From Octopus vulgaris (taxonomy: Eukaryota): a stretch of 64,000 bases of DNA. Under the pieces are notes generated by a model that saw only the letters and a program-made list of their open reading frames with translations, ran no database searches and was not told where the DNA came from. Below, one piece after another: positions 51,496-63,879 of this stretch (positions are counted from its first letter, which is position 1; the number at the start of each line of letters is the position of its first letter). The stretch spans positions 137,888,001 to 137,952,000 of the forward strand of contig OX597815.1 of the NCBI GenBank assembly GCA_951406725.2, given 5' to 3'. The position numbers and the translations under genes were made by a program.

Positions 51496-52424
51496 ATTTG
51501 TATAAAAGAAGAAAAAGAAAATGGAGTTGGGAAATTAATAATTGTTTACTATTAACAACAAATCAATCATCATCCCTTACACCTTTTTCAATTAATACTC
51601 AGTGAATTCATTAAATATTGAATTCATAAGCCCTGAGCATATCCTCTTCAGAGGGAAGAATAATATACCCTTGGATGTTTTATATATGTTTATGGATTCA
51701 CTATAGTAGACTGAATGATACTGTTTATGATTTGCATTTTTATGTGTTCAGGCAAGGGGTTTTGCAGGTTGGTTGGAGATAAGAGAGAGTAGGTAAATAG
51801 AATTAGAGTAATAAATGAATAAATTAAATAGAGATCATAGAGGAAATTTAAATTTAAATAAGGTAAGAATGTAATATACGTTTATAAGGTATAAATAAAG
51901 CTAAGAAAATTTGTACATATGCAAGTACACATGCATACATATACAGAGACACTCTCATATGCTTACACACATATAAACATCCACATGCACACACATATCT
52001 GCACATATACATATATACACATATATGCACATATAAACAATAAATTAGAGAGATGCAACAGACAATCCAATAATTTATTTATAATATAACATAATATACT
52101 ACAAATATAATATAATATAATATAAGATAACATTAAAAAAATCATTAAAAATTCAACACAGCCAATAAATTGTTTTGACTTATATATATTTTTGATATAT
52201 AAACAATTCAATTCACTTATATAAGTCTCATCAGAGCTAAGGTTAAAAGATAGATGAAATTCCATGTGAAAGGACAGCTGGATTGTAAAAAAATTAATTC
52301 AAATGCCTATGCATTATGAGCATTAACTTTTCAACTATATAGTAATTACAATTAAAAAACAATAAAATTATAATGGGCAAAATAATTAAGTAGAATCTAC
52401 AACTATCAAAATATATTTCTATAT

Positions 52425-53570
52425 ATCATCATCATCATCGTTTAACATACGCTTTCCATGCTAGCATGGGTTGGACAATTTTGACTGAGAGCTGGCGAAC
52501 CAGACGGCTGCACCAGGCTCCAATCTTGATCTGGCAGTTTCTACAGCTGGATGCCCTTCCTAACACCAACCACTCCAAGAGTGTAGTGGGTGCTTTTTAA
52601 ATGCCACCAGCATGGGGCCAGTCAGGCGGTACTGACAATGACCTCGCTCGAATCTTTTTACACATGCCACCAGTACAGGTGCCAGTAAGGCGATGTTGGT
52701 AATGATCATGCTCTAATGGTGTCCTTTTACATGCCACCGGCGCAGAGCCAGTTGGCTGCTCTGGCAACAATCATGCTCAGATGATGCTCCTGGCACTCTA
52801 CTAGCACAGGCACAAGTGCCAGTAAGGTGACGTTGGTAATGATCACACTCGAATGGTGCCCTTTTATGTGCCACTGGCACAGAAGCCGGTTAGTTGCTCT
52901 GTCAACGATCACCCTCATATGGTGCTCTTTGCACCCCACTAGCACGGATGCCAGTCGTTGAATTTGATTTTGATTTCACTTGCCTCAACAGGTCTTCGCA
53001 AGCAGAGTTTAGTGACCAAAGAAGAAAAAGGTATGCATAAGCAGGCTGGTTATGCTCCTGGCATAAGCCACAGGTTATGGTCTCATTTGGCTTGCCGGGT
53101 CTTCTCAAGTACAGCATATTTCCAAAGGTCTCGGTTGCTAGTCATTTCCTTGGTGAGGCCTAATGTTCGAAGGTCGTGCTTCACCACTTCATCCCAGGTC
53201 TTCCTGGGTCTACCTCTTCCACAGGTTCCCTCAACCACTAGGGTGTGGCACTTTATCACACATTTATCCTCATCCATTCTCGCCACATGACCATACCAGC
53301 GCAATCGTCTTTCTTGCATACCACATCTGATGCTTCTTTGGTCCAACTTTTCTCTCAAGGTACTTACACTCTGTTGAGTATGCACAATGACATTACACAT
53401 CCATTGGATCATACTGGCTTCATTCCTTGCGAGCTTATGCATGTCCTCAGCAGTCACTTCCATGTAGCATGGCTGTTCGTACACAAGCGTCATACAGTCT
53501 ACCTTTTACTCTGAGCGAGAGGCCCTTTGTCACCAGCAGAGGTAAGAGCAATATTAATCCAAGCTCGTTT
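52425..53570 (-). mobile_element. RTE LINE 3' end
   Basis: ORFs 53083-53493 and 53447-53686 (KGRLYDACVRTAMLHGS; RRLRWYGHVARMDED..GRPRKTW). (GAT)n tail at 52425-52440. Confidence 0.9.
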
Positions 53571-53859
53571 AGATCAAAGTCAATTTTTGCTATTATAATA
53601 ACATACAACAACAATATATAGGTGTATAAATTAAGTATCAGTGTCTTACTTAAACTACAAACTGTAATAAAACATGTAAAAAACAAATATGATAATTATA
53701 TTGGTATTATATAAAAAAGATTGTTTAAAGTAACTAATAAAAAATTATATTATAATAGTGGAAGATTGTCTTCAACCTAAACAAGTTTGGATTAATATTA
53801 TTGCAGATATGTAGAAATATACTTTGATAGTTGTAGATTCTACTTAATTATTTTGTCCA

Positions 53860-55042
53860 ACGTGGCCGTAGTCAGTACCGCATCGACTGGCCATTGTGCT
53901 GTGGGCACATAACAAACACCATCCGATCGTGGCCGTTCGCCAGCCTCATCTAGCACCTGTGTCGGTGGCACATAAAAACACCATCCGAAGACCCGGCAAG
54001 ACTAGTCAGGCCATATCCCATGGCCCCTACCTGGGACGCAGTCAGTCCACCTGTGCATACCTTCCTCCTTGTGATACTTGTGAAGGCCTGTTGAGGCAAG
54101 TGAAAATCAAAAATCAAAATGAAATCAAAACAAATCAAATCAAAACAAATCAAAATAGATGATCATTAATGGAATTGTATCTTTGTGGTACCAGTGCCGG
54201 TGGCACACAAGAAAACCATCCGAACGTGGCCGTAGCCAGTACCGCACCGACTGGCCTCCGTGCTGTGGGCACGTAACAAACACCATCCGATCGTGGCCGT
54301 TCGCCAGCCTCATCTGGCACCTGTGTCGGTGGCACATAAAAACACCATCCGAAGACCCGGCAAGACTAGTCAGGCCATAACCTGTGGCCCCTACCTGGGA
54401 CGTAGTCAGTCCACCTGTGCATACCTTCCTTCTTGTGACACTTGTGAAGACCTGTTGAGGCAAGTGAAAATCAAAACAAGTCAAAATAGATGAACATCAA
54501 TGGAATTTGTATCTTTGTGGTACCAGTGCCGGTGGCACGTGGCACACAAGATAACCATCCGAACGTGGCCGTAGCCAGTACCGCATCGACTGGCCTCCGT
54601 GCTGTGGGCACGTAACAAACACCATCCGAACGTGGCCGTAGCCAGTACCGCATCGACTGGCGTCCGTGCTGTGGGCACGTAACAAACACCATCCGATCGT
54701 GGCCGTTTGCCAGCCTCATCTGGCACCTGTGTCGGTGGCACATAAAAACACCATCCGAGCGTGGCCGTCTGCCAGCCTCGTCTGGCACCTGTGTCGGTGG
54801 CACATAAAAAACACCATCCGAGCATGGCCGTTTGCCAGCCTCGTCTGGCACCTGTGTCGGTGGCACATAAAATCACCCACTACACTCTCGGAGTGGTTGG
54901 CGTTAGGAAGGGCATCCAGCTGTAGAAACACTGCCAGATCTGACTGGACTGGTGCAGCTTTCGGGCTCCCCAGACTCCAGTTGAACCGTCCAACCCATGC
55001 TAGCATGGAAAGCGGACGTTAAATGATGATGATGATGATGGT
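53860..55042 (+). mobile_element. RTE-LINE 3' UTR array with nested tandem duplications
   Basis: Repeated ~330-360 bp blocks (starts near 53860, 54223, 54562) built from ~60-67 bp subunits. (AAATC)n spacer; (GAT)n tail. Confidence 0.85.
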
Positions 55043-55676
55043 GATTGTAATTTGTTGTTTTTTAATTGTACTTGCTCTATAGTTGAAAAGTTAATGCTCA
55101 TGCTCATAATACATAGGCATTTGAATTAATTTTTTTACAATCCAGCCGTCCTTTCACGTGGAATTTCATCTATCTTTAAACCTTAGCTCTGATGAGAGGT
55201 TTAAGTGAATTGAATTGTTTATATATCAAAAAATGTATATAAGTCAAAACAAACTGTTGGCTATTTTGGGTTTTTAATGATTTTTTAAAATGTTATATTA
55301 TATTCATAGTATATTATGTTATAATATACATTAATATTGGATTGTCAATTGTATCTCTCTATTTAATTTATTGTTCGTAATTTGCATTATACCCATATTT
55401 ATGTGGTATTCAACTGACATACCAGTGAATTGGATGTTTTACAAACCCCTCTTTGAAGAAATTCCTTTCCTTAGTTTGTTACTTCATATATGCATGAACA
55501 CAATACATATGCACATTGACATACATCCATGTATATATATATTTATACACATACACACACGTTTACACTTATTACGCATCACCCCTAAGAAGAAGAGATT
55601 AAATTCCGTTTTCTTTTTCTTCTTTTATATATATAGATGAGTAGATTTGTTGACCGAAACTGAAAGAAGCCCATTG

Positions 55677-56555
55677 TCATCATCATCATTTAATTTCCAT
55701 TTTCCATGCTGGCATGAGTTGGATGGTTTGACTGAAAACTGGTAGGCCGGGGAGTTGCACCAGGTTCTGATCTGATTTGGTAAGGTTTCTATGGCTGGAT
55801 GCCCTTCCTAACACCAACCACTCTAAGAGTGTTGTGGGTGTTTTTTAGGTGCCACCAGCAAAGGTGCCATTGACCTGACACTGACATCAGCCACAACTAT
55901 GGTCTCACTTGGCTTGACAGGTCTACACAGCACAGTGTATTGCTAAAGGTCTCAGTCACCTGTCACTGCTTCCATGAGGCCCTTTCATCATCTGACACAC
56001 GATCACCTCCTCCAAATCCCCCTCCCCTCTCAAAGATGCTTTGTCTTGCAAAGTTACTTGGTGACCTTGTGAATGCAGGTGCCACTTTAAAAGCACCCAG
56101 TCCACACTGTAAAATAGTTGGCATTTGGAATGGCATCCATGCCAAAACTGACCACACTTGTGCAAGTGCCATGTAAGAAGTACTCAGCCCACTCTGCAGG
56201 GTAGTTGGTGTTGAGAAGAGCATTCAGCTGTAAAAACCATACCAAAACAGACACAGAAGCATGGTACAGACTCCTGCCTGGCTAGTTCCTGTCAAACTGC
56301 CCAAGTCAGCATGGAAGGAGGAGATTAAATAATGATGAGGATATATATATGTATGTCTATATATATATGTGTTTATGTTGTGCTTGTCACTCCTTCTCCT
56401 GGGGTTGGTTTGTTTATGTCCCCATAACTTAGTTGTTTGGCAAAAGAGACTGACAAAATAAGAACCGAATTTAATAAATAAGCACTGAGGTCAACTAAAC
56501 CAATGACCCAACATGGCCACAGTCCAATGACTGAAAGAAGTAAAAGATAAAAGAT
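55677..56555. mobile_element. Cluster of SINE/LINE tail fragments in both orientations
   Basis: Tail motifs shared with 12983, 36000 and 33960 copies. Confidence 0.65.
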
Positions 56556-56789
56556 GAATCAATAAGGAGCTGAACAAAATAGAAGTAGTTAAGTGGAGGA
56601 AGATGATTAACTTTTAGTTCACAATTAAGGAATATTTAAAGCAAAATAAGGAATGGATTTAGTTTCCTCTTCATTCTACATGGTTAAAAGTTTTCAAGAG
56701 TCTCCTTTATTACAATGTTTATAGTAAATGTTTAGAAAATAGCTTAATTTCAGAAATGCAAAAATAGGGAAAGACATACATGAAACTAG

Positions 56790-57923
56790 TTCCCACACTT
56801 GTTAAGTTAAGCAAATGTTAAATGACTTAGTGCATGATTTGGAATTACCAAAAGAAAAGGTAGAGTTGCTTGGTTCCAGACTTCAAGAATGGAATTTTCT
56901 CCAGCCAGACACTAAGGTTTCCCATTTTTGCCATTGCCATCGCCAGTTTGCATCATTTTACTTACAGGAAGAAAACATTTGTTTCTGCCATGATATCAGT
57001 AGCCTGATGGAAAGTATTGGCTTTTGCTGTGATCCAAAAGATTTTAGTAAAGCTAGCCTTAAAGCAGTATTACTGCACAATGGCAATGAAAATCCTTCAA
57101 TACCTGTAGCACATGCAGCTGGCCTTAATCAGAGTTATGAATCAATGAAACTGCTGCTTAAACTCATCAAATATAAGGACCACATATGGAATATTTGTGG
57201 TGACCTTAAAGTTGTATCATTACTTTTTGGATTACAGTTGGGCTACACAAAGCACATGTGCTGTGTATAAGGAACAGCAGAGATGACAAGAACCACTACA
57301 AAAATCATGACTGGCTATCTGGAACTGAATGTGTTGTTGGTAAACACAATGTGAAACACCCAGCACTTATTGAACCTCAGAAAGTACATCTTCCACCACT
57401 TGGCCTTCTAAAAAATTTTGTGAAGCGTATGTTTTCCAATATTCAAAGGAACATTAACAGATGCTAAGATAGAAGCTGGAATTTTCACTGGACCACAGAT
57501 ATGCAATGTCATCCATGATTCATCATTTCCATCTAATCTAAATGAAAATGAGCTAAGAGCATGGACAACTTTTGTTGTCAAAGATTTTATTGGAAACTAA
57601 AAAGGTGAAAATAACTGAACTCATAGTAAACTTGCTTAAATCTTATGAAAAAATGGGATGCAGAATGTCTATGAAAATGCAGTTTTTACATTCTCATATT
57701 GACTTCCTCCCAGCCAACCTTGGGGCTGTAAGTGACAAACATGGTGAGTACTTCCATCAACAGATCTCAGTTATGGAAAACAGATACCAACATTTCACTT
57801 AAGAAGTTTGGACATGATAGAGAAAATTTTATATCAGACCTGAAATTAACATCAGAAATTTGGTAGGAATCAGTAGTTTACATGTCTGTGACAAAAAAAA
57901 AAAGTTGAAATTTGTTGTTTAGT
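56790..57923 (+). mobile_element. Chapaev-type (CMC) DNA transposon, 3' part, transposase pseudogene
   Basis: LNDLVHDLELPKEKVELLGSRLQEWNFL, SLKAVLLHNGN..PSIPVAH, WNICGDLKVV.LLFGLQLGYTK, LPPL, GCRMS.K.QFLHSHIDF.P.NLGAVSD.HGE.FHQ.IS.ME.RYQ. Terminus tttgttgtttagtg. Confidence 0.75.
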
Positions 57924-60315
57924 GTTATCAATATGATATATGTTCAGCAGTATTTAGTTATGTCCAAGAGAAAGTGAAATGCTTAAGAATACCTTTAGGC
58001 TCTGACGAAGGTGTATAAAGCAGTGGATCTAAGTATTTAAGGAGTGGAACATACAATTTCCTGTAAGTCAGACTGCTTCATGGTTCCAGCAGACAAAATG
58101 TAAAGAGTTGCCCTGGAGGATAACAAGGGAGATGCACTGGAACAGCCACTCTGATTCATGGGGCTTGTACTTGCAGACAGCCATCTCTGTCCCAATAGCG
58201 GTGAGCAAGGATATGGTCTAGGGGCCAAGAATACTGGTGGTCTCAACTGCCACAGGCTTGACCATAAACCTGTTAGAGAATGACCAATATTTTGGCAGTT
58301 TGCTTTTCTCAACCTGATGAGCATCAGAGCCTGGGCTGATAGCTGACCACACCAAGTCACCACTGGAGAAGGTATCACAGCATGTGACATGCCAGATTAG
58401 TAGCCTACTACCACAGAATGGGAACTTCTTACAGTTCTAGGCTCAACTGTAAATGAGATCATTCCATACTTTCTCAAAACTTCACTGCATTTATCTAAGT
58501 AATGATTGATTCAGAGATAAATTAGGACACTGAGGAAAAAGAAATAAATGAGAAATAAATTCCCTGGGGAATAAAAAATAGATTAGTTCATAAAAATATT
58601 ATTAGCTTTTATTTATAATAAAAGCTGAAACTATTTTTACAAGCAAATCTAACCAGATATATATTTGCAAACAATATATAAGCATTGAAAATTAAAGGAA
58701 AAAGTGGTAAGGTTGATCTTGGAATGCTGAGTCACAAGATGACAAAAGGATAACAAGTAGGGATGCTGTATCAAAATAGACCCATCCAACCTATACTAGT
58801 ACGGAAGGAGAGACTTAAAAAGTGATGATAATAATCCTGCTGATACAGAGGTTTCATAAAAATACCTCAATCAATATGATGAGGAAAATTCAGTATATAT
58901 CTATATAATAAGCAGCTTGTTCATCTGCCCATTATACTTTAGTTAGTAAGAGAGGTGGAGATGGAGTGAGAGGTGAAGTAAAAATGAGAGAGAGAAGGGA
59001 AGGAATGTGAGTAGAGAAGAAAGAAGTGAGGAAAAAGTAGAGAAAGGTGTGTAATAAGGCTAAATGCATTACATGGTTCATTGAAGGGAGAGGCAAAGAG
59101 TGAGAGAAAAAGAGAGAAGTGCACTGTAGGTGGTGGTGGGGGGAGAAATAAATATGTTTACAATACAATATTTAGCAGAGGGTGGTGTTCTCTTAAAGAA
59201 ATGCAGAGAGAAATGGACAGGGGAGGCAGTTACATTGGGAGAGAGAGAGAGTGTGTGTGTGTGTGAGTGAGTGAGTGAGCGTTTGTATTGTCAGAGTAGA
59301 GATACATCAACAGCAGGAAAAAGTAGATATAAACAAACAGCTGAACTGAACTGAAATGAAATGAGCTTTGTTACTGAAAACTATAGTGATGATGGTGGTG
59401 GTGGTGTGTTGATAGTGAAAAGTAATTTTTTTTTATTGAACTAAAGGTATAAGATTATTCTTCTACCTATTTGTTCACATTTTACACATTAATTTGTTAG
59501 AGAGGAGGAGGAGGAAGAGGTGGAGTGAGAGAAAGGAAGAGGGAATGTGAGAGTGAGTAAGAGAGCAGATAGCCAGCCAATGCATTATGCTGTTACTCAT
59601 GTAGCTAGTGGAAGTGACAGATGAAGAGAAAGAGAGAAATGTTAAAGACATGGTTAAAAAGTTTGTTGAAGAGGTAGAGAGAAAGAAAGAAATATAAAGT
59701 GCTGAGCAGAGAGAAATTTTAAAATCATATAATTGTGATTGGAAGTGAAATAATAAAATATAAATAAAAATGCAAATCATCTCTTCTTTCTTAAATAGCT
59801 TCTCTAAATCTTTCTTGTTCTGTGGAGTTTCCACACGTCCCACTACTTAAATATAAAGGAAATAAAGGAAATACAAAAAAAAAAAAAAATAATAATAAAG
59901 TTGTGTAAGCTGAATAGACAAAAATGGATAATTGGAATAGATGAATAATTTTGTTCATTTGCAAATTATAAAAGAACCATAGATAAAGGCAGAGCTGAAG
60001 ATTAGCTGATTTCATGTTCAAAAATATCTTATGAAAGTGAAATAAAATTAATGATAAAATATCACAATTTATTAGGTCTGTACTAATCATTAATTATGAT
60101 ATATGACTATAGGTACAACCTAGCCCACATTTATTCAAATAAACATAGGTTTTTCACTTGGCTGCAATTAAAACAGAACTGTGTAGCAGCAATGCAATAT
60201 AATGTGAAAGTAGTTAACAATTTGAAAATAAATATATAAATAATTCCTGTTATCAGGCAGGCAGGCCACTGTTAGACTGATTTTCACTGTTCAAAATAAT
60301 AATAGAAAACATTCA

Positions 60316-60436
60316 TGTGTACGTACATATGCACACACATGTGCATACACAAACACATATGCATGCACACACACATGCACACATACACACACACATGTGC
60401 ATGCACACACGTGCCCCCCCCACACACACACACACT
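60316..60436. repeat. Imperfect (CA)n microsatellite
   Basis: Direct inspection. Confidence 0.9.
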
Positions 60437-61789
60437 GCTATTACTTCAACAGGAATACTGATGGCCACAAAGAGGTTGGTCAAACTTCTAGACATTCAAT
60501 TAGTTACCTCTTTCTCTGCAATAAGTCAACTTGAAAACAAAATCCCATTGACCTTCATTTTCTACTACTTGTCGTTATTCTTAAGTATCCACTATTCTAC
60601 AAAATCTAAAAACTGCTTCTGTATCACACTCCCTTCTTTCCTTTTTTTTTATACATTTTCAAGTTAAAAAAATTACCTCCAACATGATAGTTGGAAGGTT
60701 ATGATGCTAGAATACTGACCACTTAGTTATATGTTCAAACCTTGCAACAGACATATTATACTGATTCAGGCACATTGAAGTAAGTTCTGTGCCTCACCAA
60801 TGATTGAGTGGTTTGCAGAAAGAACAATAACCAACTGTTAAAAAATATACTCTCACAATGTCTAAGTATCCAACATATATCAATATACATTAAAATCTAT
60901 CAACCTTCTTTTCCTCTACACTTTCAAACAGAAAGAAATTTTATGGTCTATGACTAATGCTCCTCCTCATCAAGAAAAAGTAATTATATTAAAACAATCT
61001 ATAAAGTTGCTGCACTGAGTCAAAATTTATTTTCCTGTATCATTCAAGTGTTTTGGATATTTATAAATGTTTATTGCCACTTGTTAGTAAAGGTCAGAAT
61101 ATTTAGCAGTTTAATTATAGTGTACACTTGAATCCACAGGCTATATATATGTTAGAACTTTTATTTTAAAAAGTAGGGGTTTTTTTCTATTCAATACCTT
61201 AAAATATTCTGTCAATACACAAATTATATTATCAAACTTACAATTAATATTTTACCTAATTGCAACTTGATGTTTTGGTGATAAAAATAGTAGCTCAGGG
61301 AATATGGGAGAAGTAAATGAAACATTTCAACATGCTAAACATTTGCGCATTTCAAATAGAAAATTACTGTTATTTTCTATACAAGCAGACTAATAGTGAT
61401 TAGATGTTTTGAGATTGTATTTTTGGTTTTATTTTCTGAATACAGTAGACTATGTTATTATTGAGTTGACAGTCAAAATTGACTTGACTTAACCACAACA
61501 ATAAAACTAATAAGTGTTTATCGCTGAATAACAAACGAATAATTGACTTTATCTAACCTGAAAATAAAAGGAATCCAACAAAGTTCAGTGAACACTGAAA
61601 CCAATTTTATCCTGAGATTTCAAGACACTCAACCATCAGAGAAAAAGGTCATTGCTATTAACCTTAGAAACAATAAACCCTACCAAAAGCAAAAATAATT
61701 TTGCACACTAAAGAAATGTAAGTTAGACAAGACAACAAATAAGAACCAAGTTACTATTTGATATTTTATCCATATGTAGTAAAAACACC

Positions 61790-62170
61790 ACAGCTGAGTA
61801 TATAAATGTCAATCTTTTATTGAGCATACTACAGATTGCATGTTAGGAGCAGTCTTAAGTATATCTTGGAGAACTCGTCCCAGCAAGAAACAGCTATGTG
61901 GAGATCTACCTATTTCCACCTTTATAAAGGAAAGGAACTTGCATTTTGTGGGACTGCTGATGAGCTAAACAAGAGCTGGCAAGTGACCTACTGCTATGGA
62001 TGCTAAAGCATGGCCATACCCAAGCTGGTCATCCAAACACAACATATGTAGAGCATCTCACCAGTGACACTGGATGCCTCCCTGAAGACGTCCCTCAACT
62101 AATGCAGGATTGAGATGGATGGTGTGTGTTAAAAATGTTCAAGCAAGCTCAACCAAATGATAATAGATTG
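61790..62170 (+). mobile_element. Decayed RTE-like LINE C-terminal fragment
   Basis: YTRLH..RAVL.ISWR..PS, KQELASDLLLW..KHG..AGHP..TYVEHL..DTG remnants. Confidence 0.55.
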
Positions 62171-63225
62171 CATGTGAACAACTATCTAGTACAGAATTGT
62201 AAAGATGTGTGTAACTTAAATATCCATTATATTTTATCATATGTAATTCTACACTAATGGTACAAGACCACTGCATAGCATTAAGGTTTAAAAATATACC
62301 TGTATAGGCCCAATTGAATATAGATATACACTATCAGTTATCAACTGTTGTGCTAGTTTTTGTGGATCAGCTTCATTTGAAGAAACATCATAACGTACAA
62401 AACACAGAGGACCAGGTCATCACTTGCAAGAAATGTAAGAGCCAGACTTGCTTGGCAATTGGAATCCAGATGTGATGTAAAAGACACTGGAATTAGTAAC
62501 CTAATAGAATTTAAAAATCAACTTTGAGTAGAACTTTACTTGTCCTAATTGTGAGAGGCAATAGTTAGGTGATAAGAAGATTTGAATGAATGAGAAACTC
62601 TTAGATCAGTTCCTATATATCAACGACACAGGTTACTTTAGCAGTTAAGGAATTCTTTTTTTATGGTTTAATCAAAAAGAAGGAACCAGTACCCAGGAAT
62701 TTTGCAGGTTTTTGGAGACCATTGTAGCTGATGTTCAGATAATGACTGCAGGAAAAACATACGTAGGGAAGAATGGACACAGTGCCTAGTACAGCACCCA
62801 TGATACAGTATGGAAGAAAAAAGTAGGCTAGCCAAGTGTGTTGTGTGGGCTTAGGTAGAGATGATATCCAAACAAGGTATCTTTCAGAAATAGGCCACAA
62901 GACAGACTGAAGAGATAGTGCAATAATGAGCTAGAAGTTAGCGTGCAGGTAAATTACTTTTTCCCATTGGTACATCTGTATCCCACAGATGTACCACTTT
63001 ATGGAACAATTTAAATATGTTAAGCCTTTTCTTCTAGCTATTGATGTAAACAGTTCTGCAATTTTTACAGAAAATTCATATATCAAAGATTATAAAGTTG
63101 AGGATATATTATGCTATAGTTGAAAATATTTTATAGTATCATTGATCTTAGTTTCAAACCTATCAGTGTTAACTTAAGTCTCTAATTCCAAGATTGGTAG
63201 AAGTTTAGTAGTAATATACTGAATT

Positions 63226-63613
63226 CAGTTCTATATTTAAGAGATGAGGAATTATGTACACTATTTACATTTGACAGATATTTGTCCTCATCTCATTTGT
63301 TGTTAACATGTTTCGGCTGATACACCCTCCAGCCTTCATCAGGTGTCTTGGGGAAATTTCGAACCTGGGTTCTCATTCCTAAGGTATTTTTTGATGTTAT
63401 TGTTATTATCATTATTCAGGTCACTACCTGGAATTGAACTCAGAATCTTGGGGTTAGTAGCCTATGCTCTTAACCATATACCCACAGGCATATGGTATAG
63501 TGGTTAAGAGCGCGGGCTACTAACCCCAAGATTTCGAGTTTGATTCCAGGCAATGACCTAAATAATAATAACATCAAAAATTACCTTAGGAATGAGAAAC
63601 CAGGTTCGAAATT
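63226..63613. mobile_element. Head-to-head palindrome of a tRNA-headed SINE-like element containing a hammerhead motif
   Basis: Minus copy 63226-63480 (head, body, hammerhead 63305-63346, tail) and truncated plus copy 63487-63613. A box TGGTATAGTGG at 63493-63503; B box GAGTTTGATTCC at 63536-63547. Confidence 0.8.
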
Positions 63614-63879
63614 AAACAAAAGTAAATGAATAAATAAACTAATCAATACTAATTTAAACAAATTTAAAGAATAATCTTAAATAGAAAATGAATGTCCTTT
63701 TTTGACGGTTACATCTGATTTAATGAATACATGATCACTAAGAAACATAAACACATAATGTCAGTTTGTATAATTATATCCACGAACTTTAATTAATGAA
63801 GACATTTCAAAAGTTTGTTACTTCTATTTCCTTATGACATTTAATATTGTAAGAAATTTTAATATCTAAAGATATTAAG

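Larger units (their letters stand above)
52036..55377. mobile_element. Large inverted-repeat (Penelope pLTR-like) structure with a hammerhead in each arm, interrupted by two RTE-family insertions
   Basis: 52036-52372 is the reverse complement of about 55043-55377, and 52373-52424 of about 53807-53859. Hammerhead motifs at 52160-52238 (-) and 55185-55262 (+). Confidence 0.75.

Noticed and set aside
51577-51640. Minus-strand ATG..YEF..gtaag as the first exon
   Set aside because: Stop after 9 codons; no DELSF motif.
58037-58390. 117-aa ORF in a GC-richer patch
   Set aside because: No recognisable domain or splice support; probably decayed TE sequence.
59475-59843. 122-aa ORF containing 'LYDF'
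   Set aside because: Low-complexity purine/pyrimidine tract with no further SH3 similarity or suitable splice donor.
10991-63346. Strand bias of intact versus dead hammerheads relative to the host gene
   Set aside because: Too few motifs, and damaged copies occur on both strands. CpG decay explains the mutations.
63487-63555. Functional tRNA gene
   Set aside because: Acceptor stem and T-arm are imperfect and it runs into a repeated body. It is a SINE head.
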